Shown: positions 48,452 through 58,454, counted from the stretch's first letter. The stretch is DNA of 64,000 bases from Dehalococcoidia bacterium (GCA_965218115.1 OZ244584.1:2560012-2624011); one strand, 5' to 3'. A program made the numbers and translations. Notes: generated by a model from the letters alone, not told the origin.

Positions 48452-48724
48452 ATGTCCACGGAGAAACGCGACGAGTCGGAGACCGACGTCCCGGAACCGT
48501 CAGGCGCACGGAAGCGCAAAAGGTTCCCACATCCGCTGCTGGGGGTGGTCGCGGTGATTGTCGGCTACTACTCGCTCGACCTGATCTACGGCGCGCTCGA
48601 ACCCTCACTGGGCGCGGTGCTCTCGGGCGTGCTCGCCGCGATCGCGGCGTTCGCGCTGGCGATGGCGCTCTACTACGGCGGTATGTACCTCGCCAGGCGC
48701 GCGCCGCGGGGTAGCCCCGACTGA
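48452..48724 (+). CDS. Small two-TM membrane protein
   Basis: Two hydrophobic segments; RBS-like agga upstream. Confidence 0.6.
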   Translation: MSTEKRDESETDVPEPSGARKRKRFPHPLLGVVAVIVGYYSLDLIYGALEPSLGAVLSGVLAAIAAFALAMALYYGGMYLARRAPRGSPD

Positions 48725-48759
48725 TCGGCTGAACATCCTCCGGCGGCTACGCTGCCGCC

Positions 48760-49452
48760 ATGGTCGCGCAGGTCTTCGACTCGGCGGATGCGGCGGTCGC
48801 GGGCATTCGCGACGGCTCGTCGATCATGGTCGGCGGCTTCATCTCCGCCGGGTCGCCCTCCAACCTGATTCGCGCCGTCGCCCGCAGCGGCGCAACCGGC
48901 CTGACCGCGATCGCCAACAACATCGGGCTCGGCGACCTGCTCGATGAGCTGTGTGAGGATCGGCAGCTGGAGCGGGTGATTGCGACGTTTGCGATCCGCG
49001 CGTCGGGCAGCCGCAGCAGCCGCTTCGAGCAGCAGTACCGCGCCGGCGAGGTCGAGCTGGAGCTGGTCCCGCAGGGCACATTGATCGAGCGCATCCGCGC
49101 CGGCGGCGCCGGCCTCGGCGGCGTCCTGACCAGGACCGCTGTCGGCACGATCGTCGCCGAGGGCAAGCCGATCGTTGAGCTCGACGGCGAAGAGTGGCTG
49201 CTCGAGCGCCCGCTGCGAGCGGATGTGGCGCTGCTCAAGGCCGCCCGCGCCGACACGCTGGGCAACCTCGAGTACCGGCTTGCCGGGCCCAACTTCAACC
49301 CGGTGATGGCGACCGCCGCCGACCTCGTGATCGCCGAGGTCGAAGAGATCGTCCAACCCGGCCGGATCGCGCCGGAGCGTGTCGGAACGCCCGCCCTGTT
49401 CGTCGATCGAATCGTCGCCTGTGAGCCGATCCCCGTGCGCTGGGAGGGTTGA
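48760..49452 (+). CDS. 3-oxoacid CoA-transferase subunit A
   Basis: IMVGGF, LVPQGTL.ERIRAGGAG, NFNPVMA. Confidence 0.93.
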   Translation: MVAQVFDSADAAVAGIRDGSSIMVGGFISAGSPSNLIRAVARSGATGLTAIANNIGLGDLLDELCEDRQLERVIATFAIRASGSRSSRFEQQYRAGEVELELVPQGTLIERIRAGGAGLGGVLTRTAVGTIVAEGKPIVELDGEEWLLERPLRADVALLKAARADTLGNLEYRLAGPNFNPVMATAADLVIAEVEEIVQPGRIAPERVGTPALFVDRIVACEPIPVRWEG

Positions 49453-49453
49453 G

Positions 49454-50110
49454 ATGCCCGGCCTGACTCGCGAACTGATCGCCCTCCGCGTCGCCCGCGA
49501 GCTGCAGCCCGGCAGCGTCGTCAATCTCGGGATCGGTTTGCCGACGCTGGTCGCCGGCTTCGTCGAGCCCGGCGACGGGATCCTCTTCCAGGCCGAGAAC
49601 GGCATCCTCGGCTACGCCGGCGTGACCAGCGGCGACTACGACCCCGACCTGATCAACGCCGGCGGCCAGCCGGTCGACCTCGTCGCCGGGGCCAGCTTCT
49701 TCGACACCGCCGCGTCGTTCGCGATGATTCGCGGCGGCCACATCGACGTCGCGGTGCTCGGCGGTCTACAGGTCTCCGAGCATGGCGATCTGGCCAACTG
49801 GTTCGTGCCCGAGCGCGGCGGTGGCAGCGTCGGCGGCGCGATGGATCTCGCCGTCGGGGCGCGCAAGCTGATCATCGCGATGGCCCACCGCACCCGCGAC
49901 GGCGGGCCGCGAATCGTGGTCGAGTGCGACTATCCACTGACCGCGCGGCGCTGCGTGGACGTGATCATCACCGACCTCGCGGTGATCGACGTGAGCGGCG
50001 CCGGCCTGCGTCTCCGCGAGCTCGCCCCCGGGGTCAGCGCGGGTGAAGTTGCGGCGGCGACGGGTGCGGCGCTGGAGATTCCGCCTTACGCCCCCGAGAT
50101 GCAGCTGTGA
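49454..50110 (+). CDS. 3-oxoacid CoA-transferase subunit B
   Basis: VNLGIGLP, AENG (catalytic Glu), GDLANW, GGAMDL. Confidence 0.93.
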   Translation: MPGLTRELIALRVARELQPGSVVNLGIGLPTLVAGFVEPGDGILFQAENGILGYAGVTSGDYDPDLINAGGQPVDLVAGASFFDTAASFAMIRGGHIDVAVLGGLQVSEHGDLANWFVPERGGGSVGGAMDLAVGARKLIIAMAHRTRDGGPRIVVECDYPLTARRCVDVIITDLAVIDVSGAGLRLRELAPGVSAGEVAAATGAALEIPPYAPEMQL

Positions 50111-50162
50111 GCTATCCTGTCGAGCGTGGCGCGACGACGCTGCGCAACGGAGAGTCGGGCAA

Positions 50163-50702
50163 ATGCGGGGTGTGCTGAAGGTCCTGAGTCGCGGAGCCCA
50201 GGTCGTCGCGCGCGGCCCGGTCACCGTCCACTACCCGTACGAGAAGAAGCAGCTGCCCAAGCGTGCCCGCACCTTCCCCTATCTGATCTGGAATCACGAC
50301 CTCAACGAGACGAACTGCACGGGCTGCGGCAAGTGCGCCACCGCCTGCCCCGTCGACTGCATGACCACGACGCTGCAGAAGAACCCCGGCCACGCCGCCG
50401 GCACGAGCAATCACAAGTCGCTGATCAAGGACTTCTACATCGACTTCGGGCGCTGCATGCGCTGCAACATCTGCGTCGAGGTCTGCCCCTTCGACGCGAT
50501 CGCGATGCTGCCGCAGTGGGAGGGCCACGAGCAGACCACGTACGACCGGCACGAGCTGATCATGGACCTCGACGACCTGCTCGCCCCCAGCCGCGCCGAT
50601 CCCAACCTGCCGTTCTGGATTCCCGAGACGATCCTCGAGAAGACCGAAAAAGAGCGCGTTAACCGCAAGGCCTTCGCCGACCAGCTGGCCAGCGGCGACT
50701 GA
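50163..50702 (+). CDS. NuoI-like 2x[4Fe-4S] protein
   Basis: VTVHYPYEK, CTGCGKCATACP, IDFGRCMRCNICVEVCP. Confidence 0.88.
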   Translation: MRGVLKVLSRGAQVVARGPVTVHYPYEKKQLPKRARTFPYLIWNHDLNETNCTGCGKCATACPVDCMTTTLQKNPGHAAGTSNHKSLIKDFYIDFGRCMRCNICVEVCPFDAIAMLPQWEGHEQTTYDRHELIMDLDDLLAPSRADPNLPFWIPETILEKTEKERVNRKAFADQLASGD

Positions 50703-50728
50703 CCCGACTCGCCCGCAGCTTGCGCTAA

Positions 50729-51628
50729 CTAGATCTCCTGCCCCGCGGCTCGTCGCGTGAGCAGCTCTTCGAAGTCGATCGCGACGGGCGTCTCGCGGGC
50801 GAGGATGTGTTGGACCCGGCTGAGCACGACATCGTCCCAGCCCGGGTGGGGCAGGATGTAGGCGCGCTGCTCGACGATCGCATCGACGACCTGATCGGCC
50901 ACGTTGTCAGGGTCCATCCCGCCGCCCAGGAGCGCGGCGGTCGCCTGCGCCTGTTCGTCCGACACATCCGTTAGCTTCTCGCCGAACTCCTGCGGGCGGT
51001 TGCGCTCGGCCTCGGCGATCTTCGTATTCACGAAGCCGGGGCAGAGCACCGACGCGCCGATCTTCGAGCCGAGCAGAGCCAGCTGGCCGTGCAGCCCCTC
51101 CGTCAGCGTGAGCACCCCATGCTTGCTCACGCCGTACGCGCTGGCGCCGGGAATCAGCCCGGCGACCGAGGCCGTGTTGACGATGTGTCCATCTTCCCCG
51201 TGGCCGTGCATATGCGGCATGAACACCTGTAGGCCGTAGAGCACGCCCCAGAAGTTCACGCCCATCACCCACTCCCAGGTGCTGTCGGGCACCTCCCAGA
51301 CCGCGAGTACGCCGTTGCCGGCGCCCAGACCGGCATCCTCGCGGCTCGTCACGCCGGCGTTGTTGCAGAGGATGTGGATATTGCCGAACTCCGCGATGGT
51401 GCGATCGCGGACCTGCTCGAGCGCCTCGCGGCGCATCGTGTTGACCGTCAGGCCCAGGACGGTGCGTTCTTCCTGCTGCAGTACCTGGACCTGCGTCTGG
51501 AGCGCTTCCTCCTCGATGTCGGCCAGCACCACGTTCATGCCCTCGGCGGCGAATCTCCGGGCGAAGGCAAGGCCCATGCCGCTCGCCGCCCCCGTCACGA
51601 CCGCCGTCCTGCCTGCGAACTCGCGCAT
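50729..51628 (-). CDS. SDR oxidoreductase (paralogue 3)
   Basis: TGAASGMG, NNAG, YGVSKH. Confidence 0.93.
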   Translation of the reverse strand: MREFAGRTAVVTGAASGMGLAFARRFAAEGMNVVLADIEEEALQTQVQVLQQEERTVLGLTVNTMRREALEQVRDRTIAEFGNIHILCNNAGVTSREDAGLGAGNGVLAVWEVPDSTWEWVMGVNFWGVLYGLQVFMPHMHGHGEDGHIVNTASVAGLIPGASAYGVSKHGVLTLTEGLHGQLALLGSKIGASVLCPGFVNTKIAEAERNRPQEFGEKLTDVSDEQAQATAALLGGGMDPDNVADQVVDAIVEQRAYILPHPGWDDVVLSRVQHILARETPVAIDFEELLTRRAAGQEI

Positions 51629-51689
51629 GATCGGTGTCCTCTCGCGTCAGTCTGTGTAGAGCGCGCGAATTATAGGCAGGCGTCCGCTC

Positions 51690-52547
51690 CTAGACGTTGA
51701 GCGAGATCGGCGCCCCGCGTGCCAGGACGTGCTCGACGCGACCGCGCACGATGAAGTCCAGCTCCGGGTGCGGCAGGATGTAGCAACGTTGCTCGACGAT
51801 CGCCTCGAAGACCAGATCGGCCACGTCGGCGGGGTCGGTCGCCTGCGCGAACAATCCCTCGATCATCGCCGCCTCTTCGTCCGGGATCTCGATCAGCTTG
51901 CCGCCCAACTCCGGGGGTCGGTTGCGCTCCGCCTGCGGGATGTTCGTGTTGACCAGCCCGGGGCACAGCACCGACGCGCTGAGGTTCGCGCCCAACTGCT
52001 CGAACTGCTGGTAGAGCCCCTCGGTCAGGGTCAGCACTGCATGCTTCGAGACCGCGTAGGCGCTGCCGCTCGGGATCAGGGCGGCCAGCGAGGCGGTGTT
52101 GACGATGTGCCCCTCCTCGCCGTGCTCCAACATGTGCGGCACGAACACCTGCACGCCGTAGAGCACGCCCCAGAAGTTCACCCCCATGATCCAGTCCCAC
52201 GTGTTGTCGGGAATATCCCAGGTCGCCGTCTGACTGCGGACGACGCCCAACGCGTCGTCGAGTCCAGAAACGCCGGCGTTGTTGCAGAGGATGTGCACGT
52301 TGCCGAAGCGCTCGATCGTCTCGTCGCGCAGCCGCTCGAGGGTCTCGCGGCGCATCGTGTTGACGGTCACGCCGAGCACGCTGCGCTCCTCCTGCTGAAG
52401 CCGTTGCACCTGGGCCTCGAGCGCGTCCTGCTCGATATCCGCCAGCACCACGTTCATGCCCTCGGCGGCAAAGCGCCGGGCGAAGGCCAGCCCCATCCCG
52501 CTCGCCGCCCCCGTCACGACCGCCGTCTTGCCTGCGAACTCACGCAT
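51690..52547 (-). CDS. SDR oxidoreductase (paralogue 2)
   Basis: TGAASGMG, NNAG, YAVSKH. Confidence 0.93.
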   Translation of the reverse strand: MREFAGKTAVVTGAASGMGLAFARRFAAEGMNVVLADIEQDALEAQVQRLQQEERSVLGVTVNTMRRETLERLRDETIERFGNVHILCNNAGVSGLDDALGVVRSQTATWDIPDNTWDWIMGVNFWGVLYGVQVFVPHMLEHGEEGHIVNTASLAALIPSGSAYAVSKHAVLTLTEGLYQQFEQLGANLSASVLCPGLVNTNIPQAERNRPPELGGKLIEIPDEEAAMIEGLFAQATDPADVADLVFEAIVEQRCYILPHPELDFIVRGRVEHVLARGAPISLNV

Positions 52548-52568
52548 GATCCAACTCCTCCACTGTGG

Positions 52569-53465
52569 TTATACCGAGTCGCCGGCCGCGCGACGCCGAT
52601 TGAGCTCCGCGAAGTCAAGCGCGAGCGGCGCGCCGCGGGCGAGCACATGCTCGACGCGACCGCGAATGATGTCGTCCCAGCCGAGGTGCGGCAGGATGTA
52701 GCAGCGCTGCTCGACGATTGAGTTGAAAACGACCTCGGCGACCTCGCTGGGGTCCATGCCGCCGCCGAGCGTCGCGATGATGCCGGCCTCCATTTCAGGC
52801 GTGATCTCGATCTGCTCGCCGAATTCCTCCGGCCGGTTGCGCTCGGCGTAGCCGATCTTCGTGTCGACCAGCCCGGGACAGAGCACCGAGGCGCTCAGCT
52901 TCGCGCCCATCTGCTGGAACTGTTGATACAGGCCCTCGGTCAGGGTTAGCACGGCGTGCTTGCTGACGCCGTAGGCGCCGCCGCTGGGGATCAAGCCGGC
53001 GACCGACGCGGTATTGACGATGTGCCCTTCCTCGCCGTGTTCGAGCATGTGCGGGACGAACACCTGGATGCCGTGCAACACGCCCCAGAAGTTGACCCCG
53101 AGCACCCAATCCCAGGTGTTGTCGGGTACCTCCCAGCTGCCCCTCAGGTCCCGGCCCATGCCGGCCCCGGCGTCCTCCATGCTGGCCACGCCGGCGTTGT
53201 TGCAGAGGATGTGGACGTTGCCGAAGCGCTCGATCGTCTCCTCGCGCAGCCGCTCGAGCGTCTCGCGGCGCATCGTGTTGACGGTCACCCCGAGCACGCT
53301 GCGCTCCTCTTGCTCGAGACGCTGCACCTGCGCATCGAGCGCGTCCTGTTCGATGTCGGCGAGCACCACGTTCATCCCCTCGGCCGCGAAGCGTCGGGCG
53401 AAGGCCAGGCCCATCCCGCTCGCCGCGCCCGTGATTACCGCCGTCTTGCCTGCGAATTCACGCAT
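52569..53465 (-). CDS. SDR oxidoreductase (paralogue 1)
   Basis: TGAASGMG, NNAG, YGVSKH. Confidence 0.93.
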   Translation of the reverse strand: MREFAGKTAVITGAASGMGLAFARRFAAEGMNVVLADIEQDALDAQVQRLEQEERSVLGVTVNTMRRETLERLREETIERFGNVHILCNNAGVASMEDAGAGMGRDLRGSWEVPDNTWDWVLGVNFWGVLHGIQVFVPHMLEHGEEGHIVNTASVAGLIPSGGAYGVSKHAVLTLTEGLYQQFQQMGAKLSASVLCPGLVDTKIGYAERNRPEEFGEQIEITPEMEAGIIATLGGGMDPSEVAEVVFNSIVEQRCYILPHLGWDDIIRGRVEHVLARGAPLALDFAELNRRRAAGDSV

Positions 53466-53545
53466 GTCTGTCTCCGTTGGTTCGATTCCTGAGGGCTGAC
53501 TGCGCCGACGATACGCGCGACGGAGCGGGCGGGTCGGCTCGCGCC

Positions 53546-53611
53546 TCAGCGCAATACGAAGCGCGCTTCAGCACAATACGAAGCGCGCCTCAACGCGACG
53601 CGAAGCGCGAC
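53546..53611. repeat. Three imperfect 22-bp tandem units overlapping an SDR stop codon
   Basis: tcagcgcaatacgaagcgcgct / tcagcacaatacgaagcgcgcc / tcaacgcgacgcgaagcgcgac. Confidence 0.7.
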
Positions 53612-54384
53612 TGGAAGATGTCGAAGCCGGGCGGGATCTCGTTGACGGTGATGCCGCCGTCGACGTACAGCGTCTGGCCCGAGGTCCACGCGGCCGCGTC
53701 GCCGGCGAGATACAGCGCCATCTGCGCGATGTCTTCCGGCTCGCCCAGCCGCCCCATCGGCGTCGCGCCGACCATCGCCTCATCCCAGCCCGGCACGTCC
53801 CGCGCACGGGCGGTCAGCGGCGTCCTGGTGTGGCCCGGCCCGATCGCATTGACGCGGATGCCGTACTGCCCCAGCTCGAGCGCCGAGACCTTGGTCAGCA
53901 TCACGACGCCGGCCTTGGCCGCGCAGTAGGCCGCCAGCCCGGCCGTCGCGTGTGTGGCGTTGATGCTCGCCGTGTTGATCAGGGATCCGCCCTCGCCCTG
54001 GGCGATCAGCTGCCTCGACTCGTGCTTGATGCAGAGGAACACGCCCGTCATGCAGACCTCGACGATTCGCTGGAACTGCGCCAGCGGAAAGTCCTGAATC
54101 GGCGCCAGCCCCGCGATCCCGGCGTTGTTGAAGGCCACGTCGAGCCGACCGAAGCGCTCGACGCAGGCCGCGACCATCCCCTCCACGTCGGCTTCGTTGG
54201 TGACATCGGCGCTGACCGCCACCGCGCTCGGCCCGAGCTCGCGCGCCGCGTCGTGCACGGCGTCGGCGTTGCGGTCGGCCATCGCGACCTGCGCGCCCTC
54301 CCGCGCGAAGAGCTGCGCGGTCGCCAGGCCGATTCCCGATGCTGCGCCTGTGATCAGCGCCACCTTGCCATCGAGCGTTGCCAT
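53590..54384 (-). CDS. SDR oxidoreductase
   Basis: TGAASGIG, NNAG, YCAAK. Confidence 0.93.
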   Translation of the reverse strand: MATLDGKVALITGAASGIGLATAQLFAREGAQVAMADRNADAVHDAARELGPSAVAVSADVTNEADVEGMVAACVERFGRLDVAFNNAGIAGLAPIQDFPLAQFQRIVEVCMTGVFLCIKHESRQLIAQGEGGSLINTASINATHATAGLAAYCAAKAGVVMLTKVSALELGQYGIRVNAIGPGHTRTPLTARARDVPGWDEAMVGATPMGRLGEPEDIAQMALYLAGDAAAWTSGQTLYVDGGITVNEIPPGFDIFQSRFASR

Positions 54385-54579
54385 GGTGCATTCCTCCCAG
54401 AATCCAGCCCGCCAGCTGGTTGCTCAGCAGGCTACGATTGCCCGCCAGTTCGAGCCCGCCGCGGGCCACGCGGACGCTTGGGAACGCGATCTCACCCGCG
54501 TCAGGATTGCACGAACACGGAGCGTCGAATTCGCTACGATCCTGCCCACACCGGTCAACGCACCCTGAAGGAGAGGCTC

Positions 54580-55371
54580 GTGCCGCACCACGAACAGCTG
54601 CTCAGCGACCCGGTCGGCGTCCTGCGCCGCGCCTGGGGCGACACTGGTTGTCGCGCCGCGATGATCGCAGCAGCGCTGATCTTCATCTTCGAAGCGATCA
54701 TCTCGGCAGTCGATGTCGAGCTTGGCGTCGCCTGGATCCCCTGCGTCATCTCGCTGCTTGCGATCGGTCGCTTCCTGACCCTGCGACCGCTGCGCGGCGA
54801 CCTGCATGATGCCGAGAATCTCAGCCTGCTGCTCGGCCTGCTTGGCGTGCTGGCTGCGGAGTCAATCTTCTGGTTCACCAGCGTGGGCGACAGCTTCGCC
54901 GCACACGTGATCTTCTGGCCGTACGCGCTCACGCTGATGGCCGTCGTGCTCGCTGCGCGCGCGCTTGCGGACTACGCGACCCGACCGCTTGTCGCCTGGG
55001 CGCTACTCTTCTCGCTCTTGTTCTTCAGCGCGGAGATGATCGGCTGGGCCTCGAACGCATTGGTGCCGGGTCCGTCGTTCTCATGGGGCGTGATCGCGAC
55101 CGTCTTCGCTCTGTTCGCCCGCTGGGTGGTCGGGCGCGGCTTCGCCGGCTCGATCGTCAGCCCGCTCAACGTCGCGACCTCACTGTTCATCTTCCTCGTC
55201 TGGTGGCTGCAGTACGGCGCGGAAGTCAGCGGCGTCGGCGCCGACCCCTGGGGCTTCCAGGAGCTCTACTGGCCCTGGATCGTGATGACCACGGGCATCG
55301 CCGCCGGCTGTGCGATCGCCGCGCCCTACATCACGGACTGTCTCAAGCGGCGCGCCGGCGACACGGACTGA
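54580..55371 (+). CDS. Uncharacterised multi-TM membrane protein (paralogue A)
   Basis: aaggag RBS before GTG 54580; about 8 hydrophobic helices; clear paralogue of the next gene. Confidence 0.8.
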   Translation: MPHHEQLLSDPVGVLRRAWGDTGCRAAMIAAALIFIFEAIISAVDVELGVAWIPCVISLLAIGRFLTLRPLRGDLHDAENLSLLLGLLGVLAAESIFWFTSVGDSFAAHVIFWPYALTLMAVVLAARALADYATRPLVAWALLFSLLFFSAEMIGWASNALVPGPSFSWGVIATVFALFARWVVGRGFAGSIVSPLNVATSLFIFLVWWLQYGAEVSGVGADPWGFQELYWPWIVMTTGIAAGCAIAAPYITDCLKRRAGDTD

Positions 55372-55428
55372 AGGCGCGAGTCGGCGCCTCCGACTTGATC
55401 GATCCCGCCGGCGCCTGGAGGCCTTGCG

Positions 55429-56205
55429 ATGCTGCAGCACGAGCGCTTGATCAACGACCCAGGCGGCACGCTGCGCGGTATCTGGAGCGACACGGGCTGG
55501 CGCTTTGTCGTGATCGCCGCGGCGCTGGTGTTCATCCTCGAGACGGTCGCGGAACTGGTGGGGCTCGCCGAGAGCTCGGCGTGGTGGTTCGCGCTGACGC
55601 TCACAATCGTCTGGATCGCGCGCAGCCTCGTCTCGCGTCCTCTGCGCGGCCGGCTGACGGACACCCCAAACATGACCGTCGTGCTGGCAGTCGTCGGCAT
55701 GACCAGCATGCAGGGCATCTTCAGCTACACGACGGTGGGCGCGACGTTCTCGGCCGAGCCGATCTTTTGGCCGTACTCGCTGATCATGATCGGCACGCTG
55801 ATAGCGGCTCGGTGTGCCGCGCCCTACGCGGCGCAGCCGCTCAACATCTGGCTGCTGGCCTATGCGTTCCTGGTCTTCTGGCTGCACCTGGTGATGTGGA
55901 CGAGTGAACTCTCGTTCGTCGACCCGCCGTTCAGCTGGGGCCTGGCGATCATGGGGCTGGCGCTGCTGGCCCGATGGATTGCGGGCCGCGGCTTCGACGG
56001 CCCGGTGCTGAGTCCGCTCAACGTCACCGTCGCGCTCACGATCTTCCTCCAGTGGTGGCTCGAATACGGCGTGAACAAGAGCGGGATCGGCGCCGACTCG
56101 TGGGGCAACCAAGAGATGTACTGGCCCTGGGTCCTGGCCACGTTGGGGATCGCGCTGGGGGTGTGGCTGCTCGCGCCCGCACCTTCATCCGGCAGCGACG
56201 AATAA
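55429..56205 (+). CDS. Uncharacterised multi-TM membrane protein (paralogue B)
   Basis: Shares HExLxxDP, IFWPY, FSWG, SPLNV, WWLxYG and QExYWPW with the upstream gene. Confidence 0.8.
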   Translation: MLQHERLINDPGGTLRGIWSDTGWRFVVIAAALVFILETVAELVGLAESSAWWFALTLTIVWIARSLVSRPLRGRLTDTPNMTVVLAVVGMTSMQGIFSYTTVGATFSAEPIFWPYSLIMIGTLIAARCAAPYAAQPLNIWLLAYAFLVFWLHLVMWTSELSFVDPPFSWGLAIMGLALLARWIAGRGFDGPVLSPLNVTVALTIFLQWWLEYGVNKSGIGADSWGNQEMYWPWVLATLGIALGVWLLAPAPSSGSDE

Positions 56206-56230
56206 TCGCGGGCCGAGCTGCCGCGCGCCG

Positions 56231-57226
56231 TCAGCCCCCGCGAACGGCGGCGGCGACTGCGGCGCGGTTTTCGTGCGTCGTGTGCGGCGGGATTGAGCAG
56301 CCGCCAGTAACGAAGACGCGGCTGGGGCCGACGGCGGCGGCTTCGCCGGCCTGGGCGCCGATCTCGTCCGCGCTCAGGTCGCCGAGACCGGTGCGGCTGA
56401 CGCCGCCCATGACGGCCTTGTCGGTCGCACCCCAGACGTCGGCGAGGCTGGCGTTGGTCTCGTGGCGGTCGTCCCAGTTGATCGCGGCGACGGGGTAGTC
56501 GAGCAAGTCGGCGAGCATGTTGTTGCTGTGGCAGACGTGCAGCACGTTGAACGAGGCGTCGCGGATCGCGTCCAGCACCTGTAGGTCATATGGACGCCCG
56601 AACTCGCGGTAGAAGTCCGGCGTCGAGTTCTCGGTGCTGGCCCACTGCAGCGGCGCGTAGAACACCCCACTCGCGCCGGCGTTCAGGTTGGCGCGGCTGT
56701 AGTTGATGATCGTCTCGGTGATTCGCCCGATTGCGCCGTGGACCGCGGCCGGCGCCTCTGCCGCCGCCTGCTTGAGCGCGCGCGGGTGACCGAACATCAA
56801 GCCCAGCACCGACATCGGCGAGAAGACGGTCTGGATCACGTCGACCTCGCCGCCGGTGCGCTCGACGACCAGCCGCGTGGACTCGACGTGCTCGCCGAAG
56901 ACGCCGCGCTCGGCGTGGACCGCGACGACTTCGTGGAGCTCATCGAGCGATTCGAGCGCGGACTTGACCATCGTCTGAGGCGTCTGCTCCACAGGCGGTT
57001 CATAGACCCCGCCCCAAGCCTCGGCGAACATTGACCAGCGCGGGTTGATCTTGATGAAGTCCCAGTCGTACGCCTCATATTGCTCAACGGTCTCGCCGAC
57101 GAGCTCGTCGTTGCTCCACTCGCGCAGGAAGTTGTGGCCCCACAGCGAGGCCGGCGCGCGGTCGACCGGCTCCCCACTGACTGCCGCCGCCACCCGTTCG
57201 CGTTTCGTCATCTCTGTCATCGCCAT
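56231..57226 (-). CDS. Uroporphyrinogen decarboxylase/MtaA superfamily protein
   Basis: ERVAAAVSGEPVDRAP, QTVFSP, YDLQVL, LHVC, GGCSIP. Confidence 0.85.
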   Translation of the reverse strand: MAMTEMTKRERVAAAVSGEPVDRAPASLWGHNFLREWSNDELVGETVEQYEAYDWDFIKINPRWSMFAEAWGGVYEPPVEQTPQTMVKSALESLDELHEVVAVHAERGVFGEHVESTRLVVERTGGEVDVIQTVFSPMSVLGLMFGHPRALKQAAAEAPAAVHGAIGRITETIINYSRANLNAGASGVFYAPLQWASTENSTPDFYREFGRPYDLQVLDAIRDASFNVLHVCHSNNMLADLLDYPVAAINWDDRHETNASLADVWGATDKAVMGGVSRTGLGDLSADEIGAQAGEAAAVGPSRVFVTGGCSIPPHTTHENRAAVAAAVRGG

Positions 57227-57378
57227 GCTCCATTCGTCGCCTGCTCGCCCGCGCGCCAGCGCAGCGCGAACAACTGTTGAGGTTCTTCGATCCCGCGCAG
57301 CGTGTGTACGCCGCGGTCGGCGTAGGCGATCGCCACGCCATCGTCGGTGCGCGCGTATTGGACGGGCGGCGCCAGCAT
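57217..57378 (-). pseudogene. Internally deleted alpha/beta hydrolase-adenylate cyclase gene (53-aa remnant)
   Basis: MLAPPVQYARTDDGVAIAY (hydrolase N-terminus) joined directly to DRGVHTLRGIEEPQQLFALRW (class III cyclase C-terminus). Confidence 0.7.
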
Positions 57379-57428
57379 GCCCTCAGTCTAGGGAGCGGGA
57401 CAGATCATCGGCCCCGCTCGCGCGCCGC

Positions 57429-58178
57429 TCAGATGCCCTGGATCATTCCGCCGTCGATGATGAACTCGGTCCCGTTGCAATATTCGCTGTCGTCCGAGAC
57501 CAGGAACAGCGCCAGCTTCGCCACCTCGACCGCTTCGGCGACCCGTCCATAGGGAATCCGCCGCACAATCTGGTCCAGCTGCCCGCCTTCAACGGCCGGC
57601 AACTCCTGCAGCATCGGCGTGTCGATCAGACCGGGGTGGATCGAGTTGACGCGCACGCCGGAGGGGGCAAACTCGGACATCGCCACCTTCGTCATCCCCC
57701 GCACCGCCCATTTGCTGGCGGTGTACGAGATCGACCCCCCGCCGCCGCGCATCCCCGCGATCGAGGAGATGTTCACGATTGCACCCGACCCCGCCGCGGC
57801 CATCACCTGCCCCACATGCTTGAGCCCCAGGAACACGCCGACCTGGTTGATCTCGATCACCAGCCGGTATTCCTCGATCGTGGTCTCGGTGATCGGGGCG
57901 TGGCGGTAGATGCCCGCGTTGTTGATGAACGCGTCGATCTTGCCGTGGTCTTCGAGCACCTCGGCGATCACCGATTCCCACTCGGACTCTTGGGTGACAT
58001 CGTGGTGCAGGTAGGAGACGCCTTCGGCGCTGGCGGCCACCGCTTCACCGTCGGAGTCGAGCACGTCGGTGATCACCACCCGCGCGCCTTCGGAGGCGAA
58101 GAGCAGGGCTTCGGCAGCTCCCTGGCCGCGCGCGCCGCCGGTGATCAGCGCAATCTTGCCGTCGAGTCGTCCAGCCAT
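57429..58178 (-). CDS. SDR, 3-alpha(20-beta)-hydroxysteroid dehydrogenase-like
   Basis: TGGARGQG, YTASKWAVRGMTK, NSIHPG. Confidence 0.92.
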   Translation of the reverse strand: MAGRLDGKIALITGGARGQGAAEALLFASEGARVVITDVLDSDGEAVAASAEGVSYLHHDVTQESEWESVIAEVLEDHGKIDAFINNAGIYRHAPITETTIEEYRLVIEINQVGVFLGLKHVGQVMAAAGSGAIVNISSIAGMRGGGGSISYTASKWAVRGMTKVAMSEFAPSGVRVNSIHPGLIDTPMLQELPAVEGGQLDQIVRRIPYGRVAEAVEVAKLALFLVSDDSEYCNGTEFIIDGGMIQGI

Positions 58179-58269
58179 GGCTCCGCCTTTCTGAGTGTGT
58201 TGGTCAACGGCAGGCTAGCCGCGTCGGCCCCGTCCGGCCGAGACGCGGGCCGGAGACGGGGAGGGGGAG

Positions 58270-58420
58270 CCCCCCTTTGTCCCTACGGGACATCTCCCCC
58301 CGCAAAGCCGGGGGGAGAGGAGATCCGAATCCCATCTCCACCCGCGGATGTGGGGGAGAGCAGCCCCAGATCCCCTCTCCCCCCGCAAAGCGGGGGGAGA
58401 TGCCGCAGGCAGAGGGGGGC
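58270..58420. repeat. REP/CIR-like palindromic repeat cluster
   Basis: Forward unit at 58270, degenerate unit at about 58331, reverse unit at 58372; same family as the 2-3.5 kb copies. Confidence 0.85.
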
Positions 58421-58454
58421 TCCCGTCCTCAGCCCCACGCGAGGGAACCGGATT

